This document shows, piece by piece, positions 9,822 to 17,117 of a stretch of DNA of 64,000 bases (the stretch's first letter is position 1; every line of letters begins with the position of its first letter). Source of the DNA: a virus. The notes under the pieces are model-generated. The model had not been told where the DNA came from. It saw nothing but the letters and a program-made list of their open reading frames with translations, and did not search any database. A program made the translations under genes and the position numbers. The stretch is taken from IMG/VR virus record IMGVR_UViG_3300028840_008180, positions 28,083-92,082 of that record. One strand, given 5' to 3'.

Positions 9822-10187
9822 CTATGATTGATCGGCTTGCCACGGCATGCCGGTGTATTTGGCAAACTCCTCATCGGACATTTGGTCACCCAGCTTGGTC
9901 GGATTGTAGCCGAGGGACTTGAGACGCCACATTTCGGCCTCTACGTCTTCGGCACCATGACGGGCCATATCGTCCCAGTGAAGTGTTTTGAGTTCGGGAG
10001 ATTCGCTAGCGTTCATTACGTCGCCGCCGAAATCGTCTGCTGCGTTGTGAAGCTGGTACTCGGGTGGGGGAACATCACCAAGAGAGCGATTTGTTTGATC
10101 TACGGTGTTTATCTCACCGGTGTTATCATCCGGCTCCGAGTCGGACTGATTTTCCATTCGGTCGTGGTAACTTTGAAAACTGAACAT
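9822..10187 (-). CDS. acidic hypothetical protein
   Basis: ORF starting 5 nt after TATATA; MFSFQSY N-terminus. Confidence 0.65.
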   Translation of the reverse strand: MFSFQSYHDRMENQSDSEPDDNTGEINTVDQTNRSLGDVPPPEYQLHNAADDFGGDVMNASESPELKTLHWDDMARHGAEDVEAEMWRLKSLGYNPTKLGDQMSDEEFAKYTGMPWQADQS

Positions 10188-10222
10188 GGGGGTATATAGC
10201 TGCTAGCTCGATAAATAGATCG

Positions 10223-10822
10223 ATGCGATACAGCCAATTTGGACAAGATGAGTGGGTTCTGAAGACCATCCCTGATGGGAAGTACTTCGTGGATATCGGC
10301 GCAGGCGACGGCATTAGATTCAGCAACACGTTTGCCCTTGAGCGGGCCGGTTGGAAAGGTATCTGCGTCGAACCCCACTTGGCACAATACAGAAAGCTGC
10401 GGCAAAACAGGAGATGCCACCGGTGCCGCTACGCAGTAGCGGCACGAAGCAACACGATGGTGCCCTTTTGGGAAGGCTTGGGTGGCCTCAACGGACTGTC
10501 GGGAATAGTGGGATATTTTCAAGATGACCATCGGCGAAACCCATCAAAGGGCCGAATAGTAGCCAGGAAGACAATATCGCTGGTTGATCTTTTGAAGAAG
10601 TTCGGCGCACCTGAGGCAATCGACTATCTAAGCATCGACACAGAGAACTCTGAATACATGATCTTGAAGGCTTTCGATTTCTCATACACCTTCAAGAGTA
10701 TCACGATTGAGCACAACAACCTCGAAAAGAAGCGTGAGGCAACGAAGAGGTTGCTCGAATCTCACGGTTACAAACGAGTTGGTATACTTGAGGTCGACGA
10801 CCTATATCTTTACGATCACTAG
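10223..10822 (+). CDS. FkbM-family methyltransferase
   Basis: YSQFGQD, FVDIGAGDG, SNT, GWKGICVEP, IDYLSIDTE. Confidence 0.9.
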   Translation: MRYSQFGQDEWVLKTIPDGKYFVDIGAGDGIRFSNTFALERAGWKGICVEPHLAQYRKLRQNRRCHRCRYAVAARSNTMVPFWEGLGGLNGLSGIVGYFQDDHRRNPSKGRIVARKTISLVDLLKKFGAPEAIDYLSIDTENSEYMILKAFDFSYTFKSITIEHNNLEKKREATKRLLESHGYKRVGILEVDDLYLYDH

Positions 10823-10904
10823 GCCCTGTGGTGGAATGCTAGACACGGCTGGCTTAAACCCAGTTGCCCGTATGGGCGTGCAGGTTGGAATCCTGCCAGG
10901 GCTA
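10822..10904 (+). tRNA. tRNA-Leu(TAA)
   Basis: GGCCCTG/CAGGGCT; loop CTTAAAC; long variable arm; atypical T-loop TTGGAAT. Confidence 0.9.
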
Positions 10905-11035
10905 CTTGTTTTCACACGAAATCACTAACGAAAGGAGAAACACTCGGTTCCTGATGCTCTGGCGGCTGCGTAGGCCGAAAAGATCAGAGATTGGGCAGAC
11001 GGGCCGATTCACCCCCAACACTGTTGGAGGTTATC

Positions 11036-12205
11036 ATGAGCGAGAAAACTCATGTAAACGTCGGTACCATCGGTCACATCGACCATGGTAAAACAACTCT
11101 TACGGCTGCGATCTTGGCGGTCCAGGCAAGTAAGGGTCTAGCAATTAAGGTTCCCTATGGCAAGATTGCTACTGGCGGAATCGTCCGTGACGATCAGAAG
11201 GTTGTTACGGTAATCACGAGTCACGTTGAGTATGAGACAGAGGACAGGCATTACGCCCATATCGACTGTCCAGGCCACGCAGATTACGTCAAGAACATGA
11301 TCACGGGTGCGGCCCAGATGGACGGGGCAATTTTGCTCGTCTCTGCCGCAGATGGGCCGGAACCCCAGACTCGGGAACACGTTCTGTTGGCAAGACAGGT
11401 CGACGTTCCGAACATCGTTGTCTTCCTGAACAAGTGCGATCTTGTGGAGGACGAGGAATTGATCGAACTGGTCGAGTTGGAAGTCAGAGACCTGTTGACC
11501 GAGTACGGATTCGATGGCGACAATGCCACGGTTGTCCGAGGTAACGCCAAGGGCGCAATGGATGACCCAGAGAACCAGGGTGAGTGCATCACAGAGTTGA
11601 TGAACGCCTTGGGCAAGAACATCCCAGAGCCAATCCGGCAACTCGACAAGCCGTTTATGATGGCTATTGAAGGAGTCTACTCCATCGTTGGCCGAGGAAC
11701 GGTAGTCACTGGTAAGATCGAGCAGGGCAAAGTACAGCCCGGTGATAAGGTGGAGGTCGTAGGTCTGCAAGATAGATCAGAAACGGTCTGCACAAGCATC
11801 GAGCAGTTCAACAAGCAACTGCCTGAAGGGAAAGCTGGTCAGAATGTTGGATGCCTGCTTCGGGGTGTCAAGCATGACGAGGTCCAGCGAGGGCAAGTGC
11901 TGTCGGCTATCAACGCCATACAGCCCTACACTCGATTCAAGGCAGAGACCTATGTTCTGGGTAAGGAAGAGGGCGGAAGGCATACACCGTTCTTCGGTGG
12001 TTACAAGCCCCAGTTCTTCTTCCGAACAACAGACGTGACAGGCATAGTCAATCTGGTGGACGCCGAAATGGTGATGCCAGGAGACCATGTTACGGTAGAA
12101 GTTGAGCTAGATAAACCCGTTGCCCTTTACAAGGGGAACAGATTCGCTGTCCGTGAGGGCGGCAGGACGGTTGGCTCCGGTCGTGTGATCGAAGTCCTAG
12201 CGTGA
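11036..12205 (+). CDS. tuf: elongation factor Tu
   Basis: [53 protein letters not shown]; GGAGG RBS. Confidence 0.98.
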   Translation: MSEKTHVNVGTIGHIDHGKTTLTAAILAVQASKGLAIKVPYGKIATGGIVRDDQKVVTVITSHVEYETEDRHYAHIDCPGHADYVKNMITGAAQMDGAILLVSAADGPEPQTREHVLLARQVDVPNIVVFLNKCDLVEDEELIELVELEVRDLLTEYGFDGDNATVVRGNAKGAMDDPENQGECITELMNALGKNIPEPIRQLDKPFMMAIEGVYSIVGRGTVVTGKIEQGKVQPGDKVEVVGLQDRSETVCTSIEQFNKQLPEGKAGQNVGCLLRGVKHDEVQRGQVLSAINAIQPYTRFKAETYVLGKEEGGRHTPFFGGYKPQFFFRTTDVTGIVNLVDAEMVMPGDHVTVEVELDKPVALYKGNRFAVREGGRTVGSGRVIEVLA

Positions 12206-12238
12206 GATTACGAGCCTTAGCTTCGGCTAGGGCTCTAC

Positions 12239-12327
12239 GGAAGCGAGGCAAATAATGGTTCGTTGCGGCACTCTGCTAAAGTGTTCCGGGGTAACAGCCG
12301 GTGCTGGTTCAATTCCAGTCGCTTCCG
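12239..12327 (+). tRNA. tRNA-Ser(GCT)
   Basis: GGAAGCG/CGCTTCC, G73; loop CTGCTAA; long variable arm. Confidence 0.9.
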
Positions 12328-12331
12328 CTTT

Positions 12332-12413
12332 GGATAGGATGGTGGTTGGCTCACCAAACGGTCCCGAAAACTGTACCTCGTAAGAGGCCAGAGTTCGATT
12401 CTCTGCCTATCCG
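12332..12413 (+). tRNA. tRNA-Ser(CGA), atypical (C33)
   Basis: GGATAGG/CCTATCC, G73; loop CCCGAAA; long variable arm. Confidence 0.75.
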
Positions 12414-12418
12414 CTTAC

Positions 12419-12502
12419 GGAAGTGATCCGGCTGGATGAGGAGCGAATTTTGAAAGTTCGTGGGTGTAAAAAGCCTTTAGGGTTCGAGTCCCTACGCTTC
12501 CG
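12419..12502 (+). tRNA. tRNA-Ser(TGA)
   Basis: GGAAGTG/CGCTTCC, G73; loop TTTGAAA. Confidence 0.88.
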
Positions 12503-12513
12503 CTTGGAGGAAA

Positions 12514-12687
12514 ATGGAACTAGAAGAACACAAAAAAATGCTAATCAAGAACGTTGAGTGTCTTAGAGACAAGTGGCACCGTGTCGATATGGGTCACAAC
12601 AAGATGATCGAAAACATCAAAAAAGCCCAAGCTCTCGAAGAGCTACAAGCTATCGAAACGATTTACAGTACTTGGTTAGATGCTTAG
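12514..12687 (+). CDS. 57-aa hypothetical protein, paralog of the next ORF
   Basis: Not in the ORF track. GGAGG RBS; MELEEHKKMLIKNVECLRDKWHRVDMGHNKMIENIK...WLDA. Confidence 0.75.
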   Translation: MELEEHKKMLIKNVECLRDKWHRVDMGHNKMIENIKKAQALEELQAIETIYSTWLDA

Positions 12688-12694
12688 GAGGAAC

Positions 12695-12868
12695 ATGACA
12701 TTTGAAGAGGATAAGAAGCCGCTGATCGATTTGATTACATGGTATCGAGACAAATGGCATAAGGGTGACTTCGGTCACACTGAAATGATCGAGAAGATCA
12801 AGGAAACCGACGATCCGAAATTACTGGAATTGTATTGGAAGATTACGGATGGTTGGTTAGATTACTAA
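12695..12868 (+). CDS. 57-aa hypothetical protein
   Basis: GGAGG RBS; shares RDKWH.GH..MIE.IK...WLD with the previous ORF. Confidence 0.75.
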   Translation: MTFEEDKKPLIDLITWYRDKWHKGDFGHTEMIEKIKETDDPKLLELYWKITDGWLDY

Positions 12869-12869
12869 T

Positions 12870-12955
12870 GGCCTCGTGCCGGAACAAGGTAGACGGACCA
12901 GACTGAGATTCTGGGGAGCGTTACGCTCGTGCAGGTTCGATTCCTGTCGAGGCCA
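12870..12955 (+). tRNA. tRNA-Leu(GAG)
   Basis: GGCCTCG/CGAGGCC; loop CTGAGAT; long variable arm. Confidence 0.92.
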
Positions 12956-12960
12956 CTTAT

Positions 12961-13040
12961 GGCGGTGTACGCAAAATGGTAAAGCGGCAGTACTCAAAAT
13001 GCTGTGATGTTGTTTGTCGGTTCGAGTCCGACCACCGCTA
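12961..13040 (+). tRNA. tRNA-Leu(CAA)
   Basis: GGCGGTG/CACCGCT; loop CTCAAAA. Confidence 0.88.
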
Positions 13041-13044
13041 CTTT

Positions 13045-13119
13045 GGCGAGGTAGCCCAATAGGTAGAAGGCGGTAGTTTCAAGAACTACAGGTTGCGGGT
13101 TCGACTCCCGCCCTCGCTA
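13045..13119 (+). tRNA. tRNA-Leu(CAA), short variable loop
   Basis: GGCGAGG/CCTCGCT; loop TTCAAGA; variable loop AGGTT. Confidence 0.85.
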
Positions 13120-13124
13120 CTCAC

Positions 13125-13199
13125 GCCGGGGTAGCCCAACTGGCAGAAGGCGCATGATTTAGGATCATGAGGTTGAGGGTTCGACTCCCTCCCCCGGTA
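13125..13199 (+). tRNA. tRNA-Leu(TAG), short variable loop
   Basis: GCCGGGG/CCCCGGT; loop TTTAGGA; variable loop AGGTT. Confidence 0.85.
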
Positions 13200-13204
13200 C
13201 TTAT

Positions 13205-13290
13205 GGCCTTGTGTCGGAATAGGTAGACGAGTGGCGCTCAGACCGCCATGGGTGTAATTGCCCGTGCAGGTTCGATTCCTGTCAAGGCCA
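13205..13290 (+). tRNA. tRNA-Leu(CAG)
   Basis: GGCCTTG/CAAGGCC; loop CTCAGAC; long variable arm. Confidence 0.92.
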
Positions 13291-13292
13291 CT

Positions 13293-13712
13293 TTATCGTT
13301 TGATAGGAATAGCCCACGGAGTTTCTGGGATTTCTTCAGCGGCAGCAAGAGCGTCTTCAACGGCTTGTCGCATGTCGGGGCCGATGCCCTTCATGACCCA
13401 TTCCTTTTTGCTTGGGTCAGCTTTGATTCGCTTGACGTACTCCGCTACTTTGTCTCGTTTGATAGGAATAGCCCACGGAGTTTCTGGGATTTCTTCAGCG
13501 GCAGCAAGAGCGTCTTCAACGGCTTGTCGCATGGCGGGGCCTAAGCCCTGCATGACCCATTCCTTTTTGCTTGGGTCAGCTTTGATTCGCTTGACGTACT
13601 CCGCTACTTTGTCTCGTGCTCCAGCAGCGATGCCCGCACCCATGTCTCCAAATGCTCCTTTGATATCCCCGTAGCTGCGAGTTTCTAACCATTCATTGAA
13701 TGAGCGTCTCAT
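13293..13712 (-). CDS. hypothetical protein with a 53-aa tandem duplication and capsid-targeting-like N-terminus
   Basis: MRRSFNEWLE start with GGAGG RBS and upstream TATATA. Confidence 0.75.
   Translation of the reverse strand: MRRSFNEWLETRSYGDIKGAFGDMGAGIAAGARDKVAEYVKRIKADPSKKEWVMQGLGPAMRQAVEDALAAAEEIPETPWAIPIKRDKVAEYVKRIKADPSKKEWVMKGIGPDMRQAVEDALAAAEEIPETPWAIPIKR
13296..13617. repeat. 159-bp near-perfect tandem duplication
   Basis: Copies start at 13296 and 13455. Confidence 0.95.
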
Positions 13713-13749
13713 TTCATACCTCCACGGTATATATGGCCTTGCGTCGGGA

Positions 13750-14319
13750 TTAGTAGTACCTGAAATCATTCGCATGCCTCTTGCGAATGATTTCTTTCAA
13801 CTGAGGTGTGAGAAGTTTTTTGAATATCGCTGATCGGGTTGTATTCTTTCTCCTAATCGCCTTAGGTGGTGGTAACCCAATACGTTTGAAGACCTGGGGG
13901 ATGGCATCTTCTATGTTCTCCAAACGTATGACAACATCAACAAGCGATCTCCCCTGCTTATCACATGTGAAAGCTTTGATGTCTACGAAGTGCTTGTAAC
14001 GCTTATTGCGAACATAGGTGTCGAAATCACACCGGGCGGACGCCATGTTTCGCTTTTTCTCAAAAGCGAAACATGACAGAATGCGGTCGAAGGGGTTTCG
14101 GATCGTTGTAAAGACGAAATAGTCGCCCCATCTCCGTCCGGTTTTCTCAATAAATTGCTTTACCTTGTAGGCAGCATCGTGCCGACCCACCGGTTTTGCC
14201 CGCAAACCCTGGTCGTAGACCCGACATTTATAGGCTCGAAAGTGCGAGTGCAGGCTGCTAGAGCCGCATTTCTGATTGGCCAGAAAGATGAACTTGTGAG
14301 TGTGAGATATAACGGTCAT
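13750..14319 (-). CDS. sulfotransferase family 2 protein
   Basis: KFIF..QKCGSSS (5'-PSB-like), TIRNPFDRILS (3'-PB), IRLEN, C-terminal D..F.Y. Confidence 0.8.
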   Translation of the reverse strand: MTVISHTHKFIFLANQKCGSSSLHSHFRAYKCRVYDQGLRAKPVGRHDAAYKVKQFIEKTGRRWGDYFVFTTIRNPFDRILSCFAFEKKRNMASARCDFDTYVRNKRYKHFVDIKAFTCDKQGRSLVDVVIRLENIEDAIPQVFKRIGLPPPKAIRRKNTTRSAIFKKLLTPQLKEIIRKRHANDFRYY

Positions 14320-14379
14320 ATCAGTATTTACCCCAGACGGCATATCCGTTAGGATATTAAGGGGTAAAAGGAGGATGGT

Positions 14380-14772
14380 ATGATCATCAAAGAAGTCGAA
14401 GTCGTCATCAATGTGGAATACGGAGGTTTCTCTCTTGATACAGAGATGGCCCTCTGGTTGATGGAGAACAAGGGGTGGACGAGCACAAACGTCGACAGTG
14501 GTGAGGATGAGACCGAGTTCGATTTGATATCACTCGGTGATATGTTCCTCCGCTCGAAGAAATACGACGAGGTCGGGTTCAGAATGAACCCCGACCTCGT
14601 CGAGTGCGTTAAAACCCTCCAAAAGAAACACGAAGGTACGAATTGGTCTGGTGTTGCATACAACGACATCCCAAAGGTCTTGCAATTAAATGTCGTTCAT
14701 GTAGAGGTTCACCTTACCGTCGAGCCTGTGTATGACGGCATTGAGAATATAGCATGTTGGTCCAAGATGTAG
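14380..14772 (+). CDS. hypothetical phage protein
   Basis: GGAGG RBS; VVINxxYGGFSL N-terminus. Confidence 0.75.
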   Translation: MIIKEVEVVINVEYGGFSLDTEMALWLMENKGWTSTNVDSGEDETEFDLISLGDMFLRSKKYDEVGFRMNPDLVECVKTLQKKHEGTNWSGVAYNDIPKVLQLNVVHVEVHLTVEPVYDGIENIACWSKM

Positions 14773-14855
14773 CCAGGATGACGGAATTGGTAGACGACAA
14801 TCGCTTAGAACGATTGGTCCGTAAGGGCGTGCGAGTTCGAGTCTCGCTCCTGGCA
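14772..14855 (+). tRNA. tRNA-Leu(TAG)
   Basis: GCCAGGA/TCCTGGC; loop CTTAGAA; long variable arm. Confidence 0.92.
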
Positions 14856-14859
14856 CTTA

Positions 14860-15000
14860 CTAGATAAACCCGAATACTCTGAGAAATACAAGGGTACTGA
14901 ATAAAGCTGCTGCGGCTGAACCAATGGTTCGGATTAGTTCCATTGTGTGGTTGTGCTTGTTCAACCACGTCTCGACTCGATTTCTACGATGGTCTGTCAT
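14860..15000 (-). CDS. 46-aa membrane peptide
   Basis: AGGAGG RBS; MTDHRRNRVETWLNKHNHTMELIRTIGSAAAALFSTLVFLRVFGFI. Confidence 0.65.
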   Translation of the reverse strand: MTDHRRNRVETWLNKHNHTMELIRTIGSAAAALFSTLVFLRVFGFI

Positions 15001-15064
15001 AAACACCTCCTACTAGTATTATACTGTCGTTGTTAATAAAACTTAAGGGTGCAAGGAGAGGGAA

Positions 15065-15487
15065 ATGTCAGTGAAGAAGATTACGGTAAAGAGATTGGAG
15101 TGGTCGGAACTGAAGGATAGTCAAAGACATCGAATCAGGAAAAAGGTCGCTCGCCACGCTTCTGAAGTACAGGCTAAGCACAACTACATGAAGCGACTGA
15201 AGCGATCCCGAACAACCAGTGATGCTCCCTATGTACTTCTTCCTAAGAGTGTGATCAAGCCGAAGAACGGCTTTTGGGTTGTCTGGCGGCGGTTAGGCAC
15301 CGAGGCTGTTGTCACTCGTCGGACATTGGTTCACAAGGTGACGTGGGAGTTATACGGCCCACGGGAGAATGGTGTCCGATTTGTTCTAAAGGCACCCTTT
15401 CCAGTGAATGTCACCTGTACTCAGGATAGGAAGGTTTGGGAGGATTTTGCCGCTTCGTTGTCGGTAGGTCATCGATTGGGAAACTAG
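15065..15487 (+). CDS. basic hypothetical protein
   Basis: ORF with RBS. Confidence 0.65.
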   Translation: MSVKKITVKRLEWSELKDSQRHRIRKKVARHASEVQAKHNYMKRLKRSRTTSDAPYVLLPKSVIKPKNGFWVVWRRLGTEAVVTRRTLVHKVTWELYGPRENGVRFVLKAPFPVNVTCTQDRKVWEDFAASLSVGHRLGN

Positions 15488-15498
15488 CGAATTTACGC

Positions 15499-15526
15499 TA
15501 AAGTCTCGTAAACTATCTGCCGATAC
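15499..15526 (+). promoter_or_regulatory. sigma28-like promoter
   Basis: TAAAGTCT...GCCGATAC with TAAA-N16-GCCGAT spacing. Confidence 0.8.
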
Positions 15527-15545
15527 AAGCGATAGGAGAAAAGTT

Positions 15546-15830
15546 ATGGGAATACCAGCTTACGGAGACGTACTGACTCGTAAAGTGACTTTGCCCAACA
15601 AGCAAGTCCTGAGTATCGGTGTTTTGACAGCCCATGTTGGGGTCGGCGCAGTGCCGGAATTGACGGTCTCACTTCAAGACGAAGGTGGAATTGCTACCGC
15701 TTCACTGAAGACCGCCCTCAATTCAACCAATGATCTTCGATACGTTGCCAACATGTTGAATCAGGTGGCAACACGTATCGATCAGGTCAACGAAGAGGCC
15801 AAGGACGATTACTACGAAGAAGATGAGTGA
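15546..15830 (+). CDS. hypothetical protein
   Basis: ORF with AGGAG RBS. Confidence 0.7.
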   Translation: MGIPAYGDVLTRKVTLPNKQVLSIGVLTAHVGVGAVPELTVSLQDEGGIATASLKTALNSTNDLRYVANMLNQVATRIDQVNEEAKDDYYEEDE

Positions 15831-16043
15831 TCCCAATAGCGACAATACTGACAGTACTTGCTATAGTACCACGTCTGTCGCTTACAAATTGGGCAAATAC
15901 GTGTCCTGTCAGCGATCCGTTTTGCACGTCGTCGTAGTAGTATCCGTTTAAGCCACCGGAGCATTGGGCATCTCAGCCTTCATTGCTATCTATAATCGGC
16001 ACAAGAAAGTGAAACGGAGTAGAAGAAAAACGTTAGGAAATAC

Positions 16044-16127
16044 GGAATCGAAGCGAATTGGCTAAGCAGCCTATCTCGAAAGTAGGTGCGGGTAACACCG
16101 TTGGGAGTTCGAGTCTCCCCGATTCCG
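16044..16127 (+). tRNA. tRNA-Ser(CGA)
   Basis: GGAATCG/CGATTCC, G73; loop CTCGAAA. Confidence 0.88.
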
Positions 16128-16175
16128 CTTAAAGGTTAAGGTGAGATTGGTAGGAAATTATCGGGAGAATGAAAA

Positions 16176-16316
16176 ATGGAATGGCTTGGTAATTGGATCG
16201 CCGCTTGGTTAGACATGATCTGTGGTTTCATCTCGGTGGTTACCTTGTGCATCTGGCGTCCGTGGTGGGATTTCCAGTTTCGTGCGTATTGGGCAAATAA
16301 AATACTCCGGAAGTGA
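16176..16316 (+). CDS. 46-aa Trp-rich hydrophobic peptide
   Basis: MEWLGNWIAAWLDMICGFISVVTLCIWRPWWDFQF...; overlaps the 5' end of the next tRNA. Confidence 0.45.
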   Translation: MEWLGNWIAAWLDMICGFISVVTLCIWRPWWDFQFRAYWANKILRK

Positions 16317-16388
16317 AGCGAATGGTTAGCAAGCCGGTTGGAAGCCGGTCGCCCTCACGGGTTGCAGGTTCGACTCCTGTCACTTCCG
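16309..16388 (+). tRNA. tRNA-Ser(GGA)
   Basis: GGAAGTG/CACTTCC, G73; loop TTGGAAG. Confidence 0.88.
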
Positions 16389-16400
16389 CTTATGATCTCC

Positions 16401-16793
16401 ATGAAAGGCAATTTGAAGTACAGTGATATCGCTGCGGGGCACCGCCCGCAAGCGGCGGTCTATCTCCCTAAAGAATTTGGAGACTACTACCGTGCGTTGG
16501 TACCTAAAGCGAAGGACATACAACCACAAACCTACCCTCCGCACGTTACCGTTGTGAGGACTGGGCTTGAGACGCCGCCAAACATGGAGCCGTGGGGAAA
16601 GTACGAAGGTGAAATCATTGAGTTTACCTACAACCCAGTGGTAGTGACAGACGGTATGTACTACTACTTGGATGTAGAATCGGAAAGGATCGCCGAAATC
16701 CGAAAGGAGTTAGGGCTTCCACGCTACCGTTTCGGCGATAACAAGAAGTACCACATTACGATTGGGAATGTCAAACATCATGCCACTTCCTAA
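16401..16793 (+). CDS. 2H phosphoesterase superfamily protein
   Basis: Two HxT motifs (PHVTV, YHITI) at typical spacing. Confidence 0.8.
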   Translation: MKGNLKYSDIAAGHRPQAAVYLPKEFGDYYRALVPKAKDIQPQTYPPHVTVVRTGLETPPNMEPWGKYEGEIIEFTYNPVVVTDGMYYYLDVESERIAEIRKELGLPRYRFGDNKKYHITIGNVKHHATS

Positions 16794-17112
16794 AGCATGT
16801 GACCGAGCCACCCAGGACCTGATTGTGGACTTGTACGAAAACTACGAGTACCCAATCCAGACCATCTCTAAAATGACGGACGTATCGAGATACTATGTCC
16901 GCCAAGTCTTAGACCAACGACGTGTTGAGCGTCGACCGCAAGCAAGCTGGCTTCGCACCTCTAAAGAGCGAGAGGACGAGGTTGTGCGACTCTATGTTGA
17001 AGAGCGGCTACCGATGCGTCTCGTGGGAGAGGAACTGTCGATGTCTGATTTCACAGTTCAGAGAGTTCTAAAACGTCGAAACGTTCAGACCCGCAAACGG
17101 AAAGACTACTGA
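16780..17112 (+). CDS. tandem helix-turn-helix protein
   Basis: Two repeats of V.LY......I....vS...V..VL....V..R. Confidence 0.75.
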   Translation: MPLPKACDRATQDLIVDLYENYEYPIQTISKMTDVSRYYVRQVLDQRRVERRPQASWLRTSKEREDEVVRLYVEERLPMRLVGEELSMSDFTVQRVLKRRNVQTRKRKDY

Positions 17113-17117
17113 GTGTT

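Noticed and set aside
10950-10982. Hammerhead ribozyme (CTGATG...GAAA)
   Set aside because: The core reads CTGATGC rather than CTGANGA, and stems II/III do not abut the core.
11138-12088. Long antisense and alternative-frame ORFs (e.g. 11138-11770, 44891-45607, 53973-54578, 925-1383)
   Set aside because: They shadow well-supported genes on the opposite strand and lack RBS or motifs.
12332-12413. tRNA-Sec
   Set aside because: The D-arm is unusual, but the anticodon is CGA and the acceptor/T stems are 7/5.
13045-13199. Possible suppressor tRNAs (TCA or TTA visible in loops TTCAAGA and TTTAGGA)
   Set aside because: With 5-bp stems and 7-nt loops the central triplets are CAA and TAG, both Leu.
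13296-13617. CRISPR array
   Set aside because: Two 159-bp in-frame coding copies with no repeat-spacer pattern; no CRISPR array was seen anywhere in the window.
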